A DNA stretch of 35,399 nt, taken from positions 1-35,399 of the forward strand of contig JAFZFY010000190.1 in NCBI GenBank assembly GCA_017555665.1. The letters are read 5' to 3'. The notes under the pieces were generated by a model. It saw only the letters and a program-made list of their open reading frames with translations. It was not told where the DNA came from and searched no databases. A program made the translations under genes and the position numbers. The DNA comes from Pseudomonadota bacterium. GTDB lineage: Bacteria; Myxococcota_A; Bradymonadia; UBA4248. Positions 1 through 8,023 of this stretch are shown here, piece by piece; within the stretch, counting starts at the first letter, position 1, and every line of letters starts with the position of its first letter.

Positions 1-1243
1 AGGGATGCGATTGTAGAGGAAAGCTCGATATCGCGCGCGCTGATCGTCTCGTTGGCAGTTGCGAGTTCAGAGATGCGTGTGTCGAGATAAGCATGGACAG
101 AGGCGAGTTCAGTGTCACGCGCGCTGATCGTCTCATTCGCAGTTGCAAGTTCGATGTCGCGTGTTGCTATGGTTTCGTTCGCCGTTGCAAGCTCCGAAGT
201 ACGCGCATCGAGGTCAGCGCGGACAGAGGCGAGTTCAGTGTCACGCGCGCTGATCGTCTCATTCGCAGTCGCGAGTTGTGTCTCACATTCTTCTAATTCA
301 AGCGCTTTTGAAGCAATCAGTTCATTCGCACGTTCCATGAGCGAATCGCGACTTTGAATTTCATTTTGCGCATTTTCGAGCTCGTATTCACGTCTTGAAA
401 GCGTTTTTTTAATGCTCTCCAGTTCCTTTGTTTGCTCAATGAGTTGATTTTTAAGTTCCTTAAGAGATTTTTGGACTGCCTCATAATCAAGGCGTAAGGC
501 TAACATGGCTTGAGAAGAATAATTTTGTTCAACTGTGCTCTGCGATACAGGAAAATCGATTTTAGATCTCAGGCTCTGAAGTTCTTTTTGAGCTTCTTCC
601 AATGCAGCGTGAAGTGATTCAAGTTCTGAATCACGCAGTGCCAGGTCAGAACGCAGCACTTCAATATCAGTCTGATTCGCTTCAAGTTCGGCACGAGCAG
701 ATGAGAGGTCACTCTGACACTGTTCAAGTTCATCTTGAAGCAATTGGATATTTGCCTGACGTTCTTCAAGTTCATCTTGAAGCGCCTGGATATCGACCTT
801 CTGTGTATCGACCTCAGATAACGAAGTATCTGATATTGTAAGATCGGAGATGGCATCGTTTTGGTTACTTGGCGATGCCATGCCCTTTTTTGAAGATCTG
901 GCACGAGACACAGGACTGACTAACGTTTCAGGTGCAGCCACGTCCTGAGCATTGTATTCGACGAGCTCTAGCTTCAGATTAGCAAGCTCTCCCGAACGCT
1001 TGAGTTCAGCAATACGCCGTTTAGCCCCTTCGATTGAAAATTGTGCTTCTCGGACCAGGTAACGAATGACCGCCAGCGTTTCAAGATCGCTGCGCGTATA
1101 AAGCTTTCGATTTGTTCCAGTCGTTTCAGGACGGATATCCGGAAAATGTGATTCCCAATACCGAATCACGTGTGGTTCAAGACCCAAAAATTTGGATAAT
1201 TCACCGATCTTGTAATAGGATTTCCGATCGACCGTGACTGCCA
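1..1243 (-). CDS. MerR-type HTH plus long coiled-coil protein; the 3' end runs off the window and the reading frame is broken at about codon 14 (possible pseudogene or assembly error)
   Basis: ATG at 1243 follows an AGAGGTG Shine-Dalgarno. That frame reads MAVTVDRKSYYKIG and then hits TGA at 1166-1168. The continuation LSKFLGLEPHVIRYWESHFPDIRPETTGTNRKLYTRSDLETLAVIRYL (MerR HTH and wing) lies in the adjacent frame, which is open from 1199 to position 1. The rest is E/L/Q/A-rich coiled coil with ELATANETISARD-type repeats. The ORF track misses it because it runs off the edge. Confidence 0.6.
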
Positions 1244-1486
1244 TTACATCACCTCTGGTGTGTTTGCATCCATGCGGATGGCAAAGTCATGTGTAAAACG
1301 CCTTCCTGGCTCTATTTCGTATTGTCTGATCGCTTCCACAGAGAAGCGGTCTATTTTCGTTTAATTATGCCTTAAAATTCAAGCAAAACTTTAACGATCG
1401 AGACCTCTTTTTTGTCTGTTTTGCTCGTAAGGTTTTGTTATTCAGCCGGGTGTCTGAACAACGGCTACTGGTTTTTGCGCATTCTG

Positions 1487-1586
1487 GTCGACGAGGGGGT
1501 AGCGGCGTATGCGCGCAGCCAGAGACGTGTCGCGACACGTCCCTGGCGAGCACATAGCCGCGAAGGGGGATTCTTCCCCCTGCCCC
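1487..1586 (+). repeat. Compound REP-like element, copy 1
   Basis: GAGGGGGTAGCGGCGTAT, then an internal palindrome (GACGTGTCG/CGACACGTC), then ATAGCCGCG-AGGGGGAttcTTCCCCCT. Near-identical arms recur at 19983-20066 (same orientation) and 26973-27080 (inverted). Confidence 0.75.
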
Positions 1587-1639
1587 AAAATGTGTCAGAA
1601 TGAATGATTTGTTCAGGGCCGCCGAACACAAAACTGAGC

Positions 1640-1671
1640 AAAAAAAAACGGCCAGGCATATTGCCCAGCCG
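1640..1671 (-). terminator. Rho-independent terminator of dnaA
   Basis: The minus strand reads CGGCUGGGCA-aua-UGCCUGGCCG followed by U9. Two stem positions are G-U wobbles on the minus strand only, so the structure is strand-specific. It lies 15 nt after the dnaA stop. Confidence 0.75.
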
Positions 1672-1685
1672 CTCAAATAAAGCGA

Positions 1686-3131
1686 TCAGCGTCTGTTTGT
1701 TGAATTAAAAAGCTCGTCTTCAAGACGCTTGATATCCATTTCAAGATAAGCATCTTTCTTCGTGAGCTCTTCCTTGATCTTCGTCACGGCATGGATCACT
1801 GTCGTGTGATCGCGCTCAAAAATGCGTTCAAGGTCGGGATAAGACAGGGATGTATGCGACCTGGCGAGATACATGGCAATCTGCCGTGGATGCGCGATAG
1901 GCTTGGCACGTGTCTTAGACATCATCTGCTCATGCGTGATGCCGAAATAGCGGCAGACGCATTCAATGATCATATTGGCATCGACGAGAACGGTCCGCGT
2001 CTGATAAAACGGCTCGATCACGCGTTGCGCCAGCGCCATGCTGATCTCGTGATTGTTCGCAGCCATCTTGATGCGCTTGATGCAGCCTTCCAGTTCACGG
2101 ATATTGGAATTCACTTTGGATGCGATATATTGAGCGATATCGTCAGGGATAAAGAAGCGTTCGGCACGTGATTTCTTGCGGATGATTTCGAGGCGTGTCT
2201 CAAATTCAGGCAGCTGAATATCGACCATCAGCCCTTGCATAAAACGAGACTGCAGACGATCCGAGAGATCTTTGATTTCTTTTGGCGGCCGGTCGCTTGT
2301 CAGAACAATCTGCTTGTTGTTCTGAGTCATTTCATTGAAAACATTGAAAAACTCGTTCTGAGTTTCGACTCTTTTCTCGATGAACTGGATATCGTCCAGA
2401 AGAAGCACATCACAATTCTGACGAACTTTGATCCGGAATTCAGGCATTTTACCTTTCTGCAGGGCATCCCGATATTCGTTCGTGAACTCTTCGCTGGTCA
2501 TATACCGAACGCGGAGATTGCTCGTCTGGAGGATCTCGTTGCCGATTGCATGCATGAGGTGAGTTTTGCCAAGTCCGACGCCGCCATAAATGAAAAGAGG
2601 GTTATAAGCACCGCCAGGATTAGATGCGACTGCTTTTGCGGCACAATAGGCCATTTCATTTGAACCGCCCTTGATAAAGCTGTCAAACGTGTAATTCGTG
2701 TTAAGATGGCTTTCTTCGCGAAGCCTGACCGCAGCAGCAGTATCAAACGAAGCATACGTCGAGCTGATTCTGAATGCAGCCTTGGAATCATCCGGTGTGG
2801 AAACATCCGTGACGCGGTTCAAACCCATCAATGGCAGGCAGCCGGGTGTCTGCTTTTTCTGCTCTTCGGCGTTTTCGCCTTCGAGAGACAGATCCAGCAC
2901 AACTTCTGATGTGATGCCTTCATCCTTGAGGACATCATGCATGATGTTACAGAGCCTGTCATAAAAACTGCTCTCAACCATGTTAAGCGTGGCGCGATCT
3001 GGCAAGCACACGACCCATTCATTTTCAGTCATGGATCGGCATGACATATTTTCGAGATACAACTCGTAATACTGGTCATTGACCTGATTTTTGACACGCG
3101 CCTTGAACTTAGCCCAGATTTCTTTGTTCAT
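1686..3131 (-). CDS. dnaA: Chromosomal replication initiator protein DnaA
   Basis: 481-aa ORF with Walker A GGVGLGKTHL, an AAA+ core (LLLDDIQF), and the C-terminal DNA-binding helix region (IAMYLARSHTSLSYPDLERIFERDHTTVIHA). It is adjacent to an AT-rich region with DnaA boxes. Confidence 0.97.
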   Translation of the reverse strand: MNKEIWAKFKARVKNQVNDQYYELYLENMSCRSMTENEWVVCLPDRATLNMVESSFYDRLCNIMHDVLKDEGITSEVVLDLSLEGENAEEQKKQTPGCLPLMGLNRVTDVSTPDDSKAAFRISSTYASFDTAAAVRLREESHLNTNYTFDSFIKGGSNEMAYCAAKAVASNPGGAYNPLFIYGGVGLGKTHLMHAIGNEILQTSNLRVRYMTSEEFTNEYRDALQKGKMPEFRIKVRQNCDVLLLDDIQFIEKRVETQNEFFNVFNEMTQNNKQIVLTSDRPPKEIKDLSDRLQSRFMQGLMVDIQLPEFETRLEIIRKKSRAERFFIPDDIAQYIASKVNSNIRELEGCIKRIKMAANNHEISMALAQRVIEPFYQTRTVLVDANMIIECVCRYFGITHEQMMSKTRAKPIAHPRQIAMYLARSHTSLSYPDLERIFERDHTTVIHAVTKIKEELTKKDAYLEMDIKRLEDELFNSTNRR

Positions 3132-3655
3132 ACCGTCAAATTCTTGAAAAAACAGAATCCCCTTGCGAGGAACTTTGAGATCAGTCGCCTTCCTGGTCTG
3201 ATCTCCAGACGAATCGAGTATTCATACTCTACACTACCATGCCTGTCGGAATCATCCTCAAGGCAAACGGCACATTAAGGGAGACCCGTCAACCCGTCAA
3301 CTATTTTACCCTTAGACCCCCTTTGTGAACCCGCAAGTCAAGATTTCATGCGCCTCAGAGCGCTATTCGCGATTCCCTTTGAATATTCTGCTTAAAATTT
3401 ACAATATTCTGAATTTTATTAAATTATATGCATTTTTTATAAGTTTAATCGTTATCAGAATAATAACATTCATATAACAAGATGGTATCATAAATTTTAT
3501 TCTATTACACGCCGTTTACATGAAAATTTGTAACCTAAACAATGCGATTATGGAGTTTCATACAAGTTTACGCTGAGTCATTAGCATAATATTCGTAAAT
3601 TAATAGAAATACATGTTTAAAATTTAATAATAGCCGTGAAGTCATTGACGCTGAG

Positions 3656-3678
3656 TTATCCACATATTCTGTGGATAA
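3656..3678. promoter_or_regulatory. Inverted pair of perfect DnaA boxes (TTATCCACA-5 nt-TGTGGATAA)
   Basis: Read directly from the sequence: ttatccacatattctgtggataa. Confidence 0.8.
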
Positions 3679-3830
3679 TCATGTGCATTTGTGTGTAAAA
3701 ACCTGCATCTGTCTAATCTTCATAAAATACTTAAAACTTAGTATTTTATACCCAATATGTTTATAAATAGCGAATTTAATTCACACTATACACGAAATGC
3801 AGATCACTAAAGCATCTAAGATGTTTCGGT

Positions 3831-3853
3831 TTATCCACACACGCTGTGGATAA
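3831..3853. promoter_or_regulatory. Second inverted pair of perfect DnaA boxes with the same 5-nt spacing
   Basis: Read directly from the sequence: ttatccacacacgctgtggataa. Confidence 0.8.
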
Positions 3854-4498
3854 ACCAGTGAGTAGGTGTGAATACATGTGGGTTAAAATTTAATTTGTTA
3901 TAGTGGCTAAAAAATCAAACAATCATCATGGATTCTAAAAATATACGAATAATATTCATATACTGGATAACGTCGGGGATAAGATTGTGGGTATTTTGTG
4001 AATTCCATGTTGAAAAAGATGTGGATAACTTTCACGAAAATCACAAGCCTGGATTTGTCCACAGACATCCACAATGCGATGCACAGGATAATCACAGGCA
4101 ACAACGCGACAAATCCCGTATTGATGGGGAATTTCGAAGTTATGCAGATATCAACAGCCCCTACTACGACCACGAGTATTAATTAATAATCTTTATGATC
4201 AAATAGTCGTAATAGTTGCCGAGCTGCCGATGAAAACAAACTGCCGATAAAGGCATAGATAAAGCCGGAAATTGACACGTACTCGGGCACCTTGAAAGCG
4301 CTGAAACAACGGCGGCGGTAGTTGCGGTCTGCTGGACACGTACTCAGGCATCTTAAAAAAAGCGCCAAACGTACAGCTCGGCATAAGCGCTTAATGCGCA
4401 ACCAAGGGGGCAAGAACATCCCCATCCTGATAGCACTTTGAAAATGCCGAGCATACAGCCCAGCATATGATTGCTGTATCTGCCATTGAAAATAGAGC

Positions 4499-4528
4499 CC
4501 AAAAAAAAGCATCGGTTAATCCGATGCT
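4499..4528 (-). terminator. Rho-independent terminator of the MazG-like/pssA operon
   Basis: The minus strand reads GCAUCGG-auuaa-CCGAUGC followed by U8, about 80 nt after the pssA stop. Confidence 0.7.
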
Positions 4529-4606
4529 TTGAATCCTGAATGACTACGATCTTAGGATGCGCGTGACACACGGCGCATTGAGAGCGCCGTGAGTGCTTGA
4601 TAACGT

Positions 4607-5647
4607 TTACGCGTCTTTGGGGTTACTTTCAGGTTCAGATGCGTCTGATGGCGCCTGGATGCTGTCATCCTTGTCGGTTTTGGATGTTTCGGAGGCATCA
4701 GCAGATTGATCTTTGTCGTGATCAGCTTTGTCGTGATCAGCCTTGTCGTCTGCTCCTTTGTCTGTTTTGTCTGTTTCAGGCTTGCCTGCTTCGTTTTTGC
4801 TGCTTTTGTCCGTATCTTTGTCGTCAATTTCTTCGGCAGAGCCATCTTCCATGTACCGATGCCGATGCTTTCCTGAGCCGTATTTCAGATTGAAATAGAT
4901 GGTGTTGAGCATGCCGTACAGAACGAAATAGCAGACGAGGAAGAAGAAAGCGACGGCGGGATGCCAGATGAAGCAACATGCGATGAACATGCTGATGCCG
5001 ATCACCATGTAGGCGTAATCGCCTTTCGTCTTCTTGCCTTTGAGCGTCTTATACTTGACGGTCGATACCATGAGCAGGCCGACAGCGATGACGATAAAGG
5101 CGAGTGTATTGAGTTCAAAAGCGGTGGAAAGCTGGAAATTCGTATGTATCGCAGCGATAACGATCGCCGTGATACAGGCGGCACCGCCGGGAGCAGGGAT
5201 GCCCTTGAAGTATGTCTGCACGCCCTCTTCAGGAGCTTCGATATTGAAACGCGCCAGCCTGAGAAGCGCGCCGGCGGCAAATATAAAGCTTGCAATCAGG
5301 CCGAATACACCGGCATTGTGAAGTGCAAATCCATATATAAGGATGGCTGGTGCAAAGCCGAAGCTGACGCCGTCTGCCAGACTGTCGAGTTCCATGCCGA
5401 ACTTGGTCGATGTATGCGTAAGCCTTGCGACTTTTCCGTCAAAAGTGTCAAAAATGATGCTGCCGATGACTGATAGTGCGCCATACATGAGGTACTGCAT
5501 CTGTGCTTCACCGACGAGGCTCTGCGATTTGAAGACGAAGGCGATGGACAAAAAGGCGCAGAAGACGGAGCCCAGCGTGACGAGGCTCGGCAGCGCAAAT
5601 TTGGCTTTCTTAATTTTTCTGATCTTGATTCTCTTGATCCTTGGCAT
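4607..5647 (-). CDS. pssA: CDP-diacylglycerol-serine O-phosphatidyltransferase (CDP-alcohol phosphatidyltransferase family) with a long charged C-terminal tail
   Basis: CDP-alcohol phosphatidyltransferase motif DTFDGKVARLTHTSTKFGMELDSLADGVSF and multiple TM helices. I place the start at ATG 5647 (MPRIKRIK...) because AAGGAGG lies 6 nt upstream. The longer track ORF (to 5752) overlaps the upstream gene extensively. Confidence 0.85.
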   Translation of the reverse strand: MPRIKRIKIRKIKKAKFALPSLVTLGSVFCAFLSIAFVFKSQSLVGEAQMQYLMYGALSVIGSIIFDTFDGKVARLTHTSTKFGMELDSLADGVSFGFAPAILIYGFALHNAGVFGLIASFIFAAGALLRLARFNIEAPEEGVQTYFKGIPAPGGAACITAIVIAAIHTNFQLSTAFELNTLAFIVIAVGLLMVSTVKYKTLKGKKTKGDYAYMVIGISMFIACCFIWHPAVAFFFLVCYFVLYGMLNTIYFNLKYGSGKHRHRYMEDGSAEEIDDKDTDKSSKNEAGKPETDKTDKGADDKADHDKADHDKDQSADASETSKTDKDDSIQAPSDASEPESNPKDA

Positions 5648-5969
5648 TTGGAACCTCCTTTTTAAGGGTCCAGCGCGACGTGTCGCGCGATTCGATTTTC
5701 TGCATGGTCCGGTCGAAGACATCATCAAGCGAGATGTGGTAGGCATTTGCAAAGCAGATGAGAACGAACAGCAGGTCGCCGAGTTCCTCCTCTATGCCGT
5801 GCGAAGTCTCGCCGGGTTTTGGTTTTTTGACGCCTGTTTCATGGCTGACGGCTCTGGCAAGTTCTCCAAGTTCCTCCACAAGCCTTGCGATCTGCACGAG
5901 GGGGGGAAAGTAACCTTCTTCGAATTTGGAGATCCATGCGTGAACACGGTCTTGAGCATTTTGTAACAT
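5610..5969 (-). CDS. MazG-like nucleotide pyrophosphohydrolase domain protein
   Basis: 119-aa ORF with an EELGELA...EEELGDLLF pattern typical of the all-alpha MazG/NTP-PPase fold. AAGGA Shine-Dalgarno upstream. The 3' end overlaps the pssA start by 38 nt. Confidence 0.7.
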   Translation of the reverse strand: MLQNAQDRVHAWISKFEEGYFPPLVQIARLVEELGELARAVSHETGVKKPKPGETSHGIEEELGDLLFVLICFANAYHISLDDVFDRTMQKIESRDTSRWTLKKEVPNAKDQENQDQKN

Positions 5970-6309
5970 ATGATCCTTTCAAAAAGGGTACGATCAAGCC
6001 ATTTTGAACAGCTGTCATGCAGCGTCCATTAAACGGCTGTCATGCGGCATCATTCGATGCGAATAAGCATCGGCTGAAAACATGGCCGCATATCCATGAA
6101 ACTATAAATATCAAAAAACTGGAAATTTTACACAAAATAAGGTATAAGATAAGGGCTGGTTTGGGTCTCATCAGGATAAAGATGACCCGCATCAGGCAAA
6201 CTAAAATATATGCACCCGTAAGCTCGGGAATAAAAAACCAGCGATTACCGTTGGGCATCTTGGAGGCAACTAATGCATTCACCTTCAATTAGTCAAGGAG
6301 AAAAAAAGA

Positions 6310-6837
6310 ATGCCTGAAATGAATAGCAATATCCCAGAATCGACAGACAGAGTTCTCAAATGGCAGATCGGCGAACGCGTTGTTTATCCCAGTCATGGTG
6401 TTGGTGAAATCGTGGCGATCGAATCGAATGATCTTTTTGGACCCGGTGCAAAAGTGTATGTTCTTGAGCTGATTCAGTCTCCGCGTCGCGTGACGATCGC
6501 TACAGAAAAGGCCGAAAAAGGCGCGCTCAGGCCGATCGTCTCGCCGGAAGAAGCGTCAAAAATCATCGCTTCGCTCAAAGAACCGCCGCCCGCTTCCAAA
6601 TCCGTGCCCTGGACGAAACGGCAGCGGATCCTCAATGACAAGCTCGCCAGCTGCAGCCTTCAGGATGTCGCTGATGTCGTCCGCGAACTCTATCACCTCA
6701 AAAATGTCAAGGATCTGAGCTTCAGCCAGCGCCGTCTTTTTGATACAGGCATCAGCCTGATTGTTCAGGAACTTTCAATCTCCCTTAAACGTCCCGATAA
6801 GGAGATTGAAGACGAAATCCGCGCCATGTTCGCATGA
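6310..6837 (+). CDS. carD: CarD/CdnL-family RNA-polymerase-binding transcription regulator
   Basis: N-terminal GERVVYPSHGVGEIVAIE...YVLEL motif (CarD_CdnL_TRCF domain), 175 aa, AAGGAG Shine-Dalgarno upstream. Confidence 0.85.
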   Translation: MPEMNSNIPESTDRVLKWQIGERVVYPSHGVGEIVAIESNDLFGPGAKVYVLELIQSPRRVTIATEKAEKGALRPIVSPEEASKIIASLKEPPPASKSVPWTKRQRILNDKLASCSLQDVADVVRELYHLKNVKDLSFSQRRLFDTGISLIVQELSISLKRPDKEIEDEIRAMFA

Positions 6838-6847
6838 TTTCCATGAT

Positions 6848-6884
6848 CCCAGGCTGATTTTCCGATTGGCCTGGGATTTTTATT
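6848..6884 (+). terminator. Rho-independent terminator after carD
   Basis: CCCAGGC-14 nt-GCCTGGG followed by a T-rich tract (atttttattt). Confidence 0.65.
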
Positions 6885-7064
6885 TGGCAGGAAAGCGCTT
6901 CCCTGCGCATCTATGCGCAGCGCTCAGGTCTCTATAGAGCAAAAACGCTTGTGCAGCCCGCGATCGCCTGCCCGTTGTTGCCTGTCCCGTAATGCTCGCC
7001 ATACTTCAGAAAAGTCTAAGGGCTGAATCGTGACCGATTGCCGGCAATGTGAGACAATTGTTTC

Positions 7065-7093
7065 TTGACCTGAGATCTGAAATGTTATATAGG
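7065..7093 (+). promoter_or_regulatory. Candidate sigma70-type promoter for rpsD
   Basis: TTGACC at 7065-7070 and TATATA/TATAGG at 7086-7093, giving a 15-17 nt spacer. It would produce a ~190-nt 5' leader. Confidence 0.35.
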
Positions 7094-7288
7094 CGCGCCC
7101 GTTTTGTGTCCTGTGGGCACATGACAATATTACGCTGTGAGCTGTTTGCCCGGCGGAATACCGGATACAATACAGTTCTGGATGATCCGGCCGTTCAAGT
7201 GAGCGGCTGATGTTGCGGCAGGTGCCGCAGAAGGTTTGTGACGCACGATATTGTGCATTTGTGACTAAAGAAAAAGGAGAGGCTCCAA

Positions 7289-7906
7289 ATGAGTCGTTAC
7301 ACTGGTCCACGCGTTAAAATTCTTCGTCGTTTTGGTGTTGCCCTTCCCGGCCTGACCCGCAAGACGGTTGCCGAAGGCGCCAATCCTCCGGGTGAACACG
7401 GTGCCAATCACCGCCGCAAGGTGAGCGAATACCGCGAACATCTCGATGAGAAACAGAAAGTTCGTTTGAACTATGGCCTGAGCGAACGTCAGTTCGTCAA
7501 TTACATGAAAGCCGCCATCGGCAGCAAGCTCGACACCGGTCTCCGTCTGATCCAGCTGCTCGAAGGTCGTCTTGACAATGTCGTTTTCCGTGCCGGTTTT
7601 GCCCCCACGATCCCCGCTGCTCGCCAGGTCGTCAACCATGGACATATCCTTGTCAATGGCCGCAAAGTCGATATCCCCAGCTTCCAGGTCCGTCCCGGTG
7701 ACGTGATCTCCCTCCGTGAACGCAGCAAGAAAATCGCCGCGATCCAGGATTCGTTTGCAACGCCGTCGCTTGCCCGTCCGAGCTATCTCGAAGTCGATAC
7801 CGAGAAGCAGACGGCCAAGATGATCAACACGCCGGCTCGCGAAGATGTCCCCATCACGGATCTTCACGACAACCTCATCATCGAGTACTACAGCCGCCGC
7901 GTCTAG
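7289..7906 (+). CDS. rpsD: 30S ribosomal protein S4
   Basis: MSRYTGPRVKILRRFG... N-terminus, S4 RNA-binding domain (RLDNVVFRAGFAPTIPAARQVVNHGHILVNG), 205 aa, AAGGAGAGG Shine-Dalgarno. Confidence 0.97.
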   Translation: MSRYTGPRVKILRRFGVALPGLTRKTVAEGANPPGEHGANHRRKVSEYREHLDEKQKVRLNYGLSERQFVNYMKAAIGSKLDTGLRLIQLLEGRLDNVVFRAGFAPTIPAARQVVNHGHILVNGRKVDIPSFQVRPGDVISLRERSKKIAAIQDSFATPSLARPSYLEVDTEKQTAKMINTPAREDVPITDLHDNLIIEYYSRRV

Positions 7907-7950
7907 TATTTTTGGTCTTATGCGCCCCGTTTACGGGGCGTGTCATCGGG

Positions 7951-7979
7951 CGCATGTCTTTCGGCATGCGTTTTTTTTT
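7951..7979 (+). terminator. Rho-independent terminator after rpsD
   Basis: CGCATG-tctttcgg-CATGCG followed by T9. An additional hairpin CGCCCCG-ttta-CGGGGCG lies at 7923-7940. Confidence 0.75.
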
Positions 7980-8023
7980 ATACTCCGTCGATTCGAGCCT
8001 TTCCGTGGCTCAGGAAATAAGAA

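Larger units (their letters stand above)
3370..4075. other. Candidate oriC: AT-rich unwinding region plus a DnaA-box cluster
   Basis: A very AT-rich tract at ~3370-3660 is followed by perfect TTATCCACA/TGTGGATAA boxes at 3656-3664, 3670-3678, 3831-3839, 3845-3853 and 4020-4028. One-mismatch boxes sit at 4055-4063 and 4065-4073. No convincing ORF exists between dnaA (3131) and pssA (4607). Confidence 0.7.

Noticed and set aside
3907-4571. Several 60-110-aa ORFs on both strands in the dnaA-pssA spacer.
   Set aside because: They overlap the DnaA boxes and each other, their sequences are low-complexity or hydrophobic-odd, and they lack Shine-Dalgarno sequences. The region is better explained as oriC and non-coding DNA.
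6906-6926. The CTGCGCAT-c-TATGCGCAG palindrome as another member of the REP family.
   Set aside because: It lacks the GGCgTAT...ATAGCC base architecture and is probably an independent small palindrome.
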